Source: Alphaproteobacteria bacterium
Lineage (GTDB): Bacteria; Pseudomonadota; Alphaproteobacteria; SHVV01
Length of the DNA stretch: 64,000 nt
NCBI GenBank assembly: GCA_965261735.1
Contig: OZ253470.1
Coordinates: 4,967,632-5,031,631 of the forward strand
Direction of reading: 5' to 3'
Position numbers and translations under genes: made by a program. A model generated the notes under the pieces. That model had not been told where the DNA came from and searched no databases. It saw only the letters and a list, made by a program, of their open reading frames with translations. This document shows positions 34,275-43,821 of the stretch, piece by piece. Every line of letters starts with the position of its first letter. Within the stretch, counting starts at the first letter, position 1.

Positions 34275-34689
34275 GCCGGGCGTCTGACTGGCGACCAGAT
34301 AAGCGGCCCAGAACCAGACGTTCAGCGGAGTGTGGCTACGCTCCATCACTGTTCCCACCGTCAGCCCGGTGTTCTGGCGGCACTTGCGGCAGCGCAGGAC
34401 GCCAGGGCGGTTTTCAAAGTGGAACGGCTCTCCCGCCGTGCCGCAGTGCGGGCAGGCAAAGCCGTCTCCCCAGCGGGCTTTCTCCAGGTAGGCGGCGCAG
34501 GCCGCATCATCGGGGAAAAGTCGCTGGAACTCGGGTAGCGAATGCGGGAATGGGAGATCGGCGCGGTCGAGAACATCCATGGCGCGCTCCCCTATATCCG
34601 GGTTGCGCCCATTCTAGCCCTAGTGGGTGTGGGTGTAAACCGGATAGGCAAGGTTCCAAACTCATCCAGTTTGTCTGACGATGCTCTCA

Positions 34690-34765
34690 GAGTCGGTTTC
34701 GAAAGTCATGGGGCTCGGGCCAATCTGCGGACGAGGAGCATGACGGAGGCGGCGTAGAGGAAGGC
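34690..34765 (-). mobile_element. 3' remnant of an IS5-family element
   Basis: Minus strand reads AFLYAASVMLLVRRLARAP* (IS5-type transposase C-terminus) followed by a TIR-like ctttcgaaaccgactc. Confidence 0.55.
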
Positions 34766-34912
34766 GCGGGCCGGAAAGGCAGCATGTTGCCGTTTGTTCC
34801 TTATTACGCAGAACCTATCCCTCATCCGAAGGAGATCAATAGGTTGGTACTATGCCCGGCACCCTAGACTGACGCCGGCAACCATCATGCGATTATGTGC
34901 GGCGCGGTGATG

Positions 34913-36415
34913 CTACATGCGCAACGCAAGCTGCGACTGAGGCTCCAGTTCCCGCTTGGTGAACGCGGTATATTCGTCGCTCAAACCGGTTTCATCCGAA
35001 ACCTTCTCCAGCGAAATACGCTTTAACAGATCCGCCGTTATCGGACGCTTGTCCTCCGCGAAAATCATTGCATGAAGGAGCCGAGAGTACGGCATGGACT
35101 GAACAAGGCAGTGAACAAAATCCGCCTCCTTCTCTGACCAACATGGGAGGAAGTACACGGTGTCATCAAACACCACAGGCTTCTCACCGACCGGGCCGAC
35201 CTTTACGAATCGTACGACCTTATAGAAACCAGAGACTGCTACTTTCCAAGGCGCAAACGTATAGGGTCCCACCCCGAAGATGGAGAAACGGGGCTTGCCC
35301 CGGTAGATAACACTCCCCCGACCGTCAAGCCTCGCCCCTTTTGCGCTAAGGTAGGCCCATGTTTGCGGCGCGTCCTCACGAATGTGTGAAGTGTCCTCGC
35401 CAATCTCGCGCTGCGGAACAACCATCAAGCGGTCGGAGCGCTTTCGCCCCTTGGCAACGTCTGAGCTTTTCAGCATTGGGTACAAGTAGCGGTCTTCAAC
35501 CTCCACCGCCTCGCCAAGCCCGTTCGCAAGCCCGCCGTCCTCGACACGCGTCAGGTCCATGACCCTCGCACAGTCGTGCTTCACCCCTGAGCGCCACACA
35601 TAGCTGCCATTGGACCCCAGGAGATGACGGTACTCCAAGAACGCATCAGCGTCCGCGACCAGCACGCCATCATGGTAGCCGACTGTCCCACTGGGCTCGG
35701 GCTCATCCAACCCGTCAAATACATCGCAATTTCGCGAAGGCGCGCCCAGCCCGACAGGTAGCACGAATAGGCAGGCATCCACGGCGGCCCCGAAGTGGTG
35801 CCTCACGTCCACCTTGAAGATCGCAGATCGCCCAACTGCCTCACCCGCCCTCCACATCTGCCGAAGGACCTTACGCGCTACCGCCGTCTTGACCAGCATT
35901 GCAATCCAGCCGGACCGCTCCTTGAGCCATCCAACCTGTTTCAGCAGCATCCACTCAGAGATATCAAAGTTCGCCTTGCCGGTGACCGCATCAAATCCTC
36001 TGTGACCTTGGAAGTTGCTCTTGTTGGGCAAGTTTGTGCTTCTGAGCAGGCCCATCTCCGCATTAGTGACCCAAGGTGGATTACCCAAGATGAGCCAACC
36101 ACCTACTTCCCTATTCAAGACGTGTGGCCAGTCTTTCTGGAAGAAGTCTCCCTGTTCGATCTTCACCCGACTACCGCAAATCTCACGCGCCTCCGCAACG
36201 TAACTCTCGTTTATGTCGACCCCAAGGATGGCTCTGGCATCCGGATACGCCTCTGCAGCCGCCACAAGAAAGGCACCGCGCCCACAGGTGGGTTCTAGAA
36301 TTGCCGATGGCTTAATGCCCATAACACGGAGCCGCGTGCAAACTTGCGCCGCCAGTTGCGGAGGTGTCTGAAAGTCCCCGTACTGCCAGATGTCCCGCTC
36401 TTTCCGCCCCGCCAC
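34913..36415 (-). CDS. Amino-DNA methyltransferase, probably N6-adenine (M.NspV-like), intact
   Basis: GDFQTP, LEPTCGRGAF (motif I), GNPPW (motif IV), WRSGVKHDC; GTG start 1 nt after the endonuclease stop; lower GC than the core genes. Confidence 0.88.
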   Translation of the reverse strand: MAGRKERDIWQYGDFQTPPQLAAQVCTRLRVMGIKPSAILEPTCGRGAFLVAAAEAYPDARAILGVDINESYVAEAREICGSRVKIEQGDFFQKDWPHVLNREVGGWLILGNPPWVTNAEMGLLRSTNLPNKSNFQGHRGFDAVTGKANFDISEWMLLKQVGWLKERSGWIAMLVKTAVARKVLRQMWRAGEAVGRSAIFKVDVRHHFGAAVDACLFVLPVGLGAPSRNCDVFDGLDEPEPSGTVGYHDGVLVADADAFLEYRHLLGSNGSYVWRSGVKHDCARVMDLTRVEDGGLANGLGEAVEVEDRYLYPMLKSSDVAKGRKRSDRLMVVPQREIGEDTSHIREDAPQTWAYLSAKGARLDGRGSVIYRGKPRFSIFGVGPYTFAPWKVAVSGFYKVVRFVKVGPVGEKPVVFDDTVYFLPCWSEKEADFVHCLVQSMPYSRLLHAMIFAEDKRPITADLLKRISLEKVSDETGLSDEYTAFTKRELEPQSQLALRM

Positions 36416-36416
36416 G

Positions 36417-36827
36417 TCAGCGCACCCTGTCAATTCCGTCAATGCCCCCAGCTTGCACAATAACCCGCCCGTACTGAAGCCGCCACTGCAGGGCGTTGGA
36501 GATAGTCAGGTAGCCTTGGAGTGGTGGTTCCCGAAGGATGTTCACCGCAAGTTTCTGAGCTTCAATCTCGTCTACCGGAAGATTCTTGTCCTGGAGGAAG
36601 GCAACTATGTCGTCCTCGTTACCTTCGTTATCTACGATTTGGCGCAGTCCCCGCGTCATCTGGTAATCAGCCGTGCGCCTCTTCTCCACAAAGATCGTGT
36701 GCGCCATGTTGAGACGCCCGGTTCTCGCCTCATGATCGTCGGACTTCTCGTAGACGAAGATGATGAGGTGGTGACCCAGCCCGTAAATCTTTTGGCGTGC
36801 AGACTTGAATGGGCAAGAGGACTGAGG
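36417..36827 (-). pseudogene. Type II restriction endonuclease (NspV-like), C-terminal part
   Basis: PQSSCPFKSARQKIYGLG...GYLTISNALQWRLQY; joins the 39136-39250 part once the IS and one TSD copy are removed. Confidence 0.85.
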
Positions 36828-39135
36828 CTTGCCTAACCGGTTAACGCCCATGACCGCTACATGTAGGGTGCCGCCACTCTCCCGAGTAAAGCTCGGCATA
36901 GGTTGGAGCAGAGGTGTCGCCCGCGATGCCGAGCAATGAGCGGAAGGCGTTGAACGGGTAGAACCGCCTGTTGAAGCGGAAGGTGAACTCGTTGAGGTAG
37001 GCTTGTAGGTGCTGGTGGCTAACGCCGTGGTGGATACCGATCAGCCACGTCTTCAGGTTGGCGAAAACCAGATGGATGATCGGCAGGTATTGCTCGGCAA
37101 CCTCTGGATCACCACACTCGGCAACAGCGAAGTGCTCATAGCCGCGCTTACCGAGGCCAGCATAGCCGCTCCAATCGTCAGTAACGATCAGCGATCGCGG
37201 CGCGACGGTGCTCTCGACGAACCCACAGAGCGACTCGGCGCTACGGTCGAGCACGACGGCGAGCCGAACGCGTCCGGCATAGCGTCCGTCTTTCCGGTTG
37301 TCGAGCGATCGTGTCCCGCGGAGTGGTGTAAGAGCGTTGCGCTCTACGCGGCTCCCGGCGGGTAGGGCCGGGACGTTCAGGCTGCCACGGTGGGCAGCGT
37401 GATGGGGACACCATCGCTCAGCGGAGCGATGGATTCCAGCGTCATGTATCTCCTTGAGACGGCCCACTCGTCGTTCTGCTCGAGAAGGATGGCGCCGACG
37501 AGCCGTGTGATGGCGGCTTCGTTGGGAAAGATACCGACGACGTTGGTGCGACGCTTGACCTCGGCATGGAGCCGTTCGATCGGGTTTGTGGAGTGCAATT
37601 TCTGGCGGTGCTCCCTGGGGAAGCTCATGTAGGCGAGGACGTCGTGCTCGGCTTCGTCCATGAGAACTGCCAGCTTGGGCACCTTGGGCCTGAGCTGGTC
37701 GGCGACCTGGCGCCACTGGACCTTCGCGCTGTCGGCGTCCTCCTGGGCGAAGGCGGAGACGACGCGCCGGCCCTGGCGGCCGGCATGGGCCAGCAGGTTG
37801 CGGGCGAAGTGCACGCGGCAGCGCTGCCATGTGGCGCCGAGGATCCGGGTCGCGGCGGCCTTCAGGCCCTTGTGGTCGTCGGAGATCACCAGCTTCACGC
37901 CGCGCAGCCCGCGCCGGGCCAGCGAGCGCAGGAACTCGGTCCAGAAGGTCTCGGCCTCCGACGCGCCGATCGCCACGCCCAGGACCTCGCGGCGGCCTTG
38001 GTCGTTGACGGCCACAGCCACGGTCACCGCGACCGAGACGATGCGTCCGGTCTGGCGCACCTTCACGTAGGTGGCGTCGAGCCACAGATAGGGTCAGTCG
38101 CCCTCCAGCGGTCGATCGAGGAAGCCGGTGACCTTATCGTCGATCTCGCCGCACAGCCTGGAGACCTGGCTCTTGGAGGCGCCCGACATCCCCATCGCCT
38201 GAACCAGATCGTCGACCGAGCGGGTCGACACCCCCTGGATGTAGGCCTCCTGGATCACCGCAGCCAGCGCCTTCTCGGCCATCCGCCGCGGCTCCAGGAA
38301 GCCCGGGAAGTAGCTTCCCTTCCTCAGCTTCGGGATCTTCAGCTCGACCGTGCCGGCCCGCGTCTCCCAGGACCGGTCGCGGTAGCCGTTGCGATGGGTG
38401 ATACGATCCGCCGAGCGCTCGCCGTGCCCGGCGCCGGTCAGGCCCTCAACCTCCAGTGCCATCAGCCGCTCGGCCGTGAAGCCGATCATCTCGCAAAGCA
38501 GATCGGCATCGGAGCTCTTCTCCAAAAGCGCGCGCAGGGTCATCATGTCCTGGGTCATCGTGGTTCTCCTTCGGGTCAGGTTGGTTTGCACTAGCCCAAC
38601 CCTAAACCGGAACCGCGATGGCCTCCGCTGTGGATAGCCGGCTTGCCTACGCCAGACTCTCGGCGGTCGCTACGGCAAGCCGCCTACCCACAGCTACCAG
38701 AGGCTCCAACAACTCCTACACCACGTCCTGGGACACGACCTGTCGAGCTTGGTGCCCGGCTTTCGATGACGCACCTCGATGGCACAGGAGACGGGAACCT
38801 TGTGGTGAACACCACGGCCTTCCCCACGCGTTCGCCCGCCAACCCAGGTTTCGTCCACCTCAACATGGTTCTTGGGCTGTCCACCGATCCTGTCTTGGTT
38901 GGGCCGCACCATGCCCGAGCGGAGCTTGTGGAGAATTTGAAAGGCCGTCTCCCCAGCGGGCTTTCTCCAGGTAGGCGGCGCAGGCCGCATCATCGGGGAA
39001 AAGTCGCTGGAACTCGGGTAGCGAATGCGGGAATGGGAGATCGGCGCGGTCGAGAACATCCATGGCGCGCTCCCCTATATCCGGTTTGCGCCCACTCTAG
39101 CCCTAGTGGGTATGGGTGTAAACCGGATAGGCAAG
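36828..39135 (-). mobile_element. IS1595 copy D (same 239-bp deletion as copy A), interrupted by IS256
   Basis: TIRs at both ends; 8-bp TSD GACTGAGG at 36820-36827 and 39136-39143. Confidence 0.95.
37307..38740 (-). mobile_element. IS256-family element (type b), transposase inactivated by a nonsense codon at 38094-38096
   Basis: TIRs gatcgtgtcccgcggagtggtgtaagag / ggtcgtgtcccaggacgtggtgtaggag; TSD TGTCGAGC at 37299-37306 and 38741-38748; GD*PYLWLDATY. Confidence 0.93.
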
Positions 39136-39250
39136 GACTGAGGTTGCTTGATGCTTGTGACCTTGATATCCAATTCGAGGTTCGGGATGTCAATACCGTT
39201 AGCCGAGTTGCCCTCGCTGAATGAATACTTTGATTGGAGCTGGGCAACGT
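39136..39250 (-). pseudogene. Restriction endonuclease middle part (N-terminus deleted)
   Basis: QLQSKYSFSEGNSANGIDIPNLELDIKVTSIKQPQS, PD-(D/E)xK-like ID...DIK. Confidence 0.85.
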
Positions 39251-39562
39251 GCCGTCCTTCATCTTGGCGATCTTGGCCTCGGGGTCGCTCTTCGAAACCC
39301 AATCCGTGTTGAAAAGCTTCTTGCCCTTGCGCTTCCGGTCCAGACGCGCCAGGTCCTCGGCCGTGGGTGTCTCGACCCCGCTTTCCCGGGCCAGGCGCTC
39401 CAGCATCTCCCGGTAGCCTTCGCCGTTGTCGCGCCGCACGATGTTCCGCAGCGCCGCGTTGGCCTCCATGGTCGAGGCATCGACGCCGATGCGCTCGCCC
39501 TTGATCAGCCCCGCCTCGGCGATCAGCACCAGAACCCAGTTGAAGACCGCCGCGTGTGCTTC
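39249..39562 (-). mobile_element. Internal transposase fragment (IS1182/IS5-like)
   Basis: HAAVFNWVL..IGVDASTMEANAA..SDPEAKIAKMKDGT; no ends visible. Confidence 0.75.
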
Positions 39563-39590
39563 CCATTGCTGGACACACCGGGAACCCGCC

Positions 39591-39650
39591 ATGCCCGCTC
39601 AGATCAAGATCACCAAGCGAACCGTCGACAGGATCACCGCGACGGATCGA
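39591..39650 (+). pseudogene. N-terminal stub of a phage-type tyrosine integrase
   Basis: MPAQIKITKRTVDRITATD resembles the start of an integrase arm-binding domain; only about 20 codons remain. Confidence 0.45.
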
Positions 39651-39739
39651 CACCTCTGCTCCAACCTATGCCGAGCTTTACTCGGGAGAGTGGTGGCACC
39701 CTACATGTAGCGGTCATGGGCGTTAATCGGATAGGCAAA
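39648..39739 (+). mobile_element. IS1595 isolated 3' end (copy G)
   Basis: cgacacctctgctcc...cgttaatcggataggcaa matches the right end of copies A, C and D. Confidence 0.9.
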
Positions 39740-39876
39740 CATGCATGTTCCCGGCGCGCGGCCCCTTAACCTGGATTAGGGGTAAACCCCGGTAACCAGC
39801 TAGTCGGATCGGTCACGCCGACCGTGGTGTCGGTGGCACGACCTTGGGGACAGGCTCTAGCAAGCCTCGCGTTCTC

Positions 39877-40476
39877 TTATGGCTGCTCCGGCGCGCTCGG
39901 CTCGGTCACGGAGACGGGCATTTCCAACAAGCCCGTGGCTTTGAGCTCCGCGAGTCCCGGCAGATCGGCCACGCTCTCGAGCCCGAAATGCTCGAGGAAG
40001 GCGTCCGTGGTGCCGTAGGTGACGGGCCGGCCGGGCGACCGCCGCCTGCCGCACATCTTGATCCAGCCCGCGTCGAAGAGAATATCGAGTGAGCCGCGGC
40101 TCAAGCTGACACCGCGGATCTCCTCGATTTCCGCGCGCGTCGCCGGTTGATGGTAAGCGATGATGGCCAGGGTCTCGACGGCCGCGCGCGATAGCCGCCG
40201 CGAGACCTTGGTCTCGTGCTTGAGCAGGAACACGAGATCGGGTGCGGTGCGTAGCGCCCAGCGTCCCGCCACACGTACGACATTGACCCCGCGCTCGGCG
40301 TACATCTCCGAGAGCCGTTCGAGCGCGCCGTCAACATCCGTGCCCTCGGGCAGGCGCGCCGCGATCGTCGCGGAATCTAGCGGCTCCGCAGCGGCGAACA
40401 ACAGCGCCTCGACCATGCGCAGGTGGCGCGGATCGAAACTGGCCGCCGCGGGCGCGGGCGGTTCGGTCGCCGTCAT
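39877..40476 (-). CDS. scpB: SMC-Scp complex subunit ScpB
   Basis: EALLFAA, LSRAAVETLAIIAYHQP, PGRPVTYGTT..FLEHFGL. Confidence 0.95.
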   Translation of the reverse strand: MTATEPPAPAAASFDPRHLRMVEALLFAAAEPLDSATIAARLPEGTDVDGALERLSEMYAERGVNVVRVAGRWALRTAPDLVFLLKHETKVSRRLSRAAVETLAIIAYHQPATRAEIEEIRGVSLSRGSLDILFDAGWIKMCGRRRSPGRPVTYGTTDAFLEHFGLESVADLPGLAELKATGLLEMPVSVTEPSAPEQP

Positions 40477-41252
40477 GAGGTGCCCTCGTCGCGCTTGCGC
40501 ACGTAGATAGGGCCAAATGGCTGCGCTTGACGGAGCTCGACCTCGCCCGTGCGCGCCAGTTCGAGGCTCGCCGCTAGAGTCACCGACACCGCCTGACGGC
40601 GTGCGAAACCCGCCGCGAGCTCGCTCGGCAGAAAGCGCTCGAGGACCTGCCAGTCGGGTAGCTGCCCCAGCATGTCGGACAGCCGCCGGTACGCGTCCTC
40701 GACGCGATAGGTAATGCGCGGAGTGATATGGAGGGGCGCCGCCGTCGCCCGTTGCTGCTGCTCGCCATAGGCCTTGAGAAGCTCGTAGAGCGAGACCTCG
40801 AACACCGGAGTCTTGATCAGCCGTACGCCCTCGGGGGCGCCGCGCGCGAAAACGTCGCGGCCCAGGCGGTCGCGCGCCATCAGCCGACCTGCCGCCTCAC
40901 GCATGCCCTCCAGCCGGCGTAGCCGGGCCGCCAAGCGCGAAGCCATCTCGGGCCCGCTCAACGGCTCGCCCTCGTCCTCCGGAAGCAGCAGCCGCGACTT
41001 GAGGTAAGCGAGCCACGCCGCCATCACAAGGTAGTCGGCGGCGATCTCCAGGCTCAGATTCTTGGCCTCGGAGACGAAGGCGAGATACTGATCGGCGAGC
41101 GCAAGGATCGAGATGTGCGCCAGGTCCACCTTCTGGCTGCGGGCCAAGGCCAGTAACACGTCGAGCGGTCCCTCGTAGCCCTCGAGGTCGACCACCAGCG
41201 GTGCGGCGGCGGACTCGAACGGCTCATCGAATGGCGCTTGCTCGACGTCCAC
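40473..41252 (-). CDS. scpA: Segregation/condensation protein ScpA
   Basis: YEGPLDVLL, ADYLVMAAWLAYLKSRLLLP, QAQPFGPIY. Confidence 0.95.
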   Translation of the reverse strand: MDVEQAPFDEPFESAAAPLVVDLEGYEGPLDVLLALARSQKVDLAHISILALADQYLAFVSEAKNLSLEIAADYLVMAAWLAYLKSRLLLPEDEGEPLSGPEMASRLAARLRRLEGMREAAGRLMARDRLGRDVFARGAPEGVRLIKTPVFEVSLYELLKAYGEQQQRATAAPLHITPRITYRVEDAYRRLSDMLGQLPDWQVLERFLPSELAAGFARRQAVSVTLAASLELARTGEVELRQAQPFGPIYVRKRDEGTS

Positions 41253-41262
41253 TCTTCAACCC

Positions 41263-41961
41263 TCAACCGTGCCCTGTGATCACCAGTATGAATCTTAGCA
41301 AGAACTCCACGGGCGGCCAAATCAACCAAGCAAAAAGATTGATGCGAACGCCGAGCTGACTGCCAATGAGCGGCAAAAAGAACAGCAGCCCGATCAGCAG
41401 GAATAGCCCGGTTCGCTCCAGGCGACTGAGCGGATAGGCAAGCGCGTCCGGGAGAATGCCGACGGCGACGCGGCCCCCGTCGAGCGGCGGAATCGGCAGC
41501 ATGTTGAACACCGCAAGGACGAGGTTGATGAGAATCGCGTTTTGCAGATTGGCGACGACCCAGTCGCCCGCGATCCCCGGAAGCCAGGCGGCAACGTGCA
41601 GCAGGAACGCCGCCGCGACGGCGAGCCCGACGTTGGTCGCGGGTCCGGCGAGCGCGACCCAGACCATGTCACGGCGCGGATTGTTGAGGCGACCGAAATT
41701 CACCGGCACCGGTTTGGCGTAACCGAAGAGGAAGGGCGCCCTGAGGATCAGGAGAAGCGCCGGCAGGATGATAGTGCCGAAGCGGTCGACGTGGCGCAGC
41801 GGATTGAACGACACCCGGCCCTTGCGGTAGGCGGTGTCGTCGCCCAGCCGCCACGCCACGTACCCGTGCGCGGCTTCGTGGAAGGTGATCGCGAACAGCA
41901 CCGGCAGAACCCATGCCGAGGCGCTGTAGAGGGCCGCGAAGATGCTCATGCCAGCGATCAC
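41263..41961 (-). CDS. Site-2 protease (M50 family)
   Basis: HEAAH, AGPATN, FNMLPIPPLDG. Confidence 0.92.
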   Translation of the reverse strand: MIAGMSIFAALYSASAWVLPVLFAITFHEAAHGYVAWRLGDDTAYRKGRVSFNPLRHVDRFGTIILPALLLILRAPFLFGYAKPVPVNFGRLNNPRRDMVWVALAGPATNVGLAVAAAFLLHVAAWLPGIAGDWVVANLQNAILINLVLAVFNMLPIPPLDGGRVAVGILPDALAYPLSRLERTGLFLLIGLLFFLPLIGSQLGVRINLFAWLIWPPVEFLLRFILVITGHG

Positions 41962-42995
41962 GGCGACACCCGCTCGCCCGCGAGCAGCCCATCAAGGCGC
42001 GCCGCAGCACCGCCGTCGAGGGACGCGGGCGAAGGTAGCCGCGCCCGCGCGCTCGCCAAGCGCCCTTTCGCGCCCTCGCTCAATCGTCCCGCTCCGCCGG
42101 CGAGGGCCCACAGCTCCTTTGGCGCGCCGCCGCGGTGCAAAACCACGTCGCAGCCGGCCGCGACCGCTGTCTCCGCGCGCTCCTCGAGGGTTCCCGCGAG
42201 CGCGCCCATGGCGAGATCGTCGCTCAGCAGCAGCCCGGCGAACCCGAGCGCTGTCCGAACGATTTCGCCGATCACGATTGCGGACGTGGTGCACGGGTGG
42301 CGATCGTCGATCGCGCTGTACAGGACATGGGCCGTCATCGCGATCGGCATATCGGCGAGGGCGCGAAACGGCACGAAGTCGCTCGCCTCGAGCTGATCGC
42401 GCGGAGCCGCGACGACGGGCAGCCCCTGATGGCTATCGACCGGCGCACGGCCGTGTCCCGGAACGTGCTTAATGACCGGCAATACGCCGCCCGATAGCAG
42501 CCCATCGCAGACGGCGCGGCCGAGCGCGACGACACCGTCTGGCGTGTCGCCGAGCGCGCGATCGCCGATAACTGGATCGGCGCCGTTTACCGGGATGTCG
42601 AGCACCGGAGCGCAGTTCACATTGATGCCGAGGGCATTGAGATCGGCCGCGGTGAGCCGGGCATTGAGGCGCGCCGCTTCTATGGCGGCCGATCGGTCGC
42701 GGCGATAAAGCTCGGCAAAGCCCGCGGCCGCGGGCGAAGCGCGCCATTCGGGCGGGCGCAGGCGCGCCACGCGGCCGCCCTCCTGGTCGATCAGGATCAA
42801 CGCATCGGCGCCGGCCACGGCGCGCAGCGCGGCGATCAACGCCCGCGTTTGTTCAACGGTCCGGCAGTTGCGCTCGAACAGGATAAAGCCAAGCGGCTCG
42901 ATGTCGCTGAACAGCTCCTCTTCCGCGACGCTAAGCGCAGCACCTTTGCAACCGATGATAACCGCCCGCGGCGGTGCTCGCCTAGGGTCGGACAA
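41958..42995 (-). CDS. nagZ: Beta-N-acetylhexosaminidase
   Basis: IDQEGGRVARL, KHVPGHG..DSH, MTAH, SDDL. Confidence 0.92.
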   Translation of the reverse strand: MSDPRRAPPRAVIIGCKGAALSVAEEELFSDIEPLGFILFERNCRTVEQTRALIAALRAVAGADALILIDQEGGRVARLRPPEWRASPAAAGFAELYRRDRSAAIEAARLNARLTAADLNALGINVNCAPVLDIPVNGADPVIGDRALGDTPDGVVALGRAVCDGLLSGGVLPVIKHVPGHGRAPVDSHQGLPVVAAPRDQLEASDFVPFRALADMPIAMTAHVLYSAIDDRHPCTTSAIVIGEIVRTALGFAGLLLSDDLAMGALAGTLEERAETAVAAGCDVVLHRGGAPKELWALAGGAGRLSEGAKGRLASARARLPSPASLDGGAAARLDGLLAGERVSP

Positions 42996-43821
42996 CCAAA
43001 CAACCTTGCTTGCGCTCGCTCAACCGCGCGCACAGCGCGCGGGCCGCGTCGGCGTCAGCCAAGGGACCTACCTGAAGGCGGTGGAACACCCCTTTGCCCG
43101 TCCCGAGATCGACCTCGGTGACCGTGGGTTCGAGCTCTCCCAGCAGGTCCTTGTGCGCCGCCTTGAGGCGCTCCCAGCCTGCATCCGCCGCCGCGGGAGT
43201 GCGGTACGCAGCAATCTGCACCCGGTACGCGGGAGGCGCCGGAGTCGAGGTCGCCGGCGCTGCAGGGGCCGGGGGCGGCGCCGACGCGGTCTCGGTCGGC
43301 GCAACGATGGCCACGGCCGAAGCTTCGTCGGTGGTGGCGCTGTCGGCCGGGGCTTCATCCGCCGACACCACGGCATCATCGGTGCCGGCGTCCTCTATGA
43401 CGCTCGCGGCCGCCGTATCCGTGGCTAGCGCGGCTGCGGGCGCGGCGGCGGGCGGGGCCGGCTGAGTTTGGGGCGCCGGATCCTCGGCGACGGGCTTCGC
43501 CAGCGGCTGCTCAGGTGGCGGTAGCAGCTTTTCGGCCGCGCTTTCGACCTCGTTGCTTTCGATGGCGTCGTAAACCAGCTTGTCCTGATGGGGAACATCG
43601 AGGCCTCCGGGCGCCTCGGGCGGCACCTTATTCGGCCCCGGTTCGGCCTTGATCAGGGGCGGTGTGAACTCCATGTCACGGCGGACGCCGTGATCGTAGA
43701 CGTAATAGAGGGCGGCGGCGAAGGTGATGACCACGGCCACGGCAGCGGCCACACCCATCGCTCCGAGCCACGGCTTGCGGCCGGGCGTTGCTTGTCCCTG
43801 TTCGGGGCCTGCGTCAGCCAC
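42982..43821 (-). CDS. SPOR domain cell-envelope protein
   Basis: TM segment, PPLIKA..K..P..PGG motif, C-terminal YRVQIAAY...FHRLQVGP..LCARL..GCLVV. Confidence 0.88.
   Translation of the reverse strand: MADAGPEQGQATPGRKPWLGAMGVAAAVAVVITFAAALYYVYDHGVRRDMEFTPPLIKAEPGPNKVPPEAPGGLDVPHQDKLVYDAIESNEVESAAEKLLPPPEQPLAKPVAEDPAPQTQPAPPAAAPAAALATDTAAASVIEDAGTDDAVVSADEAPADSATTDEASAVAIVAPTETASAPPPAPAAPATSTPAPPAYRVQIAAYRTPAAADAGWERLKAAHKDLLGELEPTVTEVDLGTGKGVFHRLQVGPLADADAARALCARLSERKQGCLVVRP

Larger units (their letters stand above)
32221..34652 (-). mobile_element. IS1595 copy C, interrupted by IS256 and carrying a 75-bp in-frame deletion; no TSD
   Basis: TIRs at 32221 and 34652; 5' transposase part 34275-34580, 3' part 32234-32880. 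Confidence 0.92.

Noticed and set aside
34785-34900. LexA-box-like and dif-like strings
   Set aside because: Spacing and half-sites deviate from GTTC-N7-GTTC and from the Xer consensus
38094-38096. In-frame TGA in the IS256b transposase as possible selenocysteine or recoding
   Set aside because: It replaces Trp in the GDWPYLWLD motif (TGG to TGA), not Cys; no SECIS seen; other genes here use TGA as a normal stop
32221-39739. Composite transposon bounded by inverted IS1595 right ends carrying the R-M system
   Set aside because: Both ends share a SNP, but the flanks (ggccgaac and catgcatg) form no target duplication
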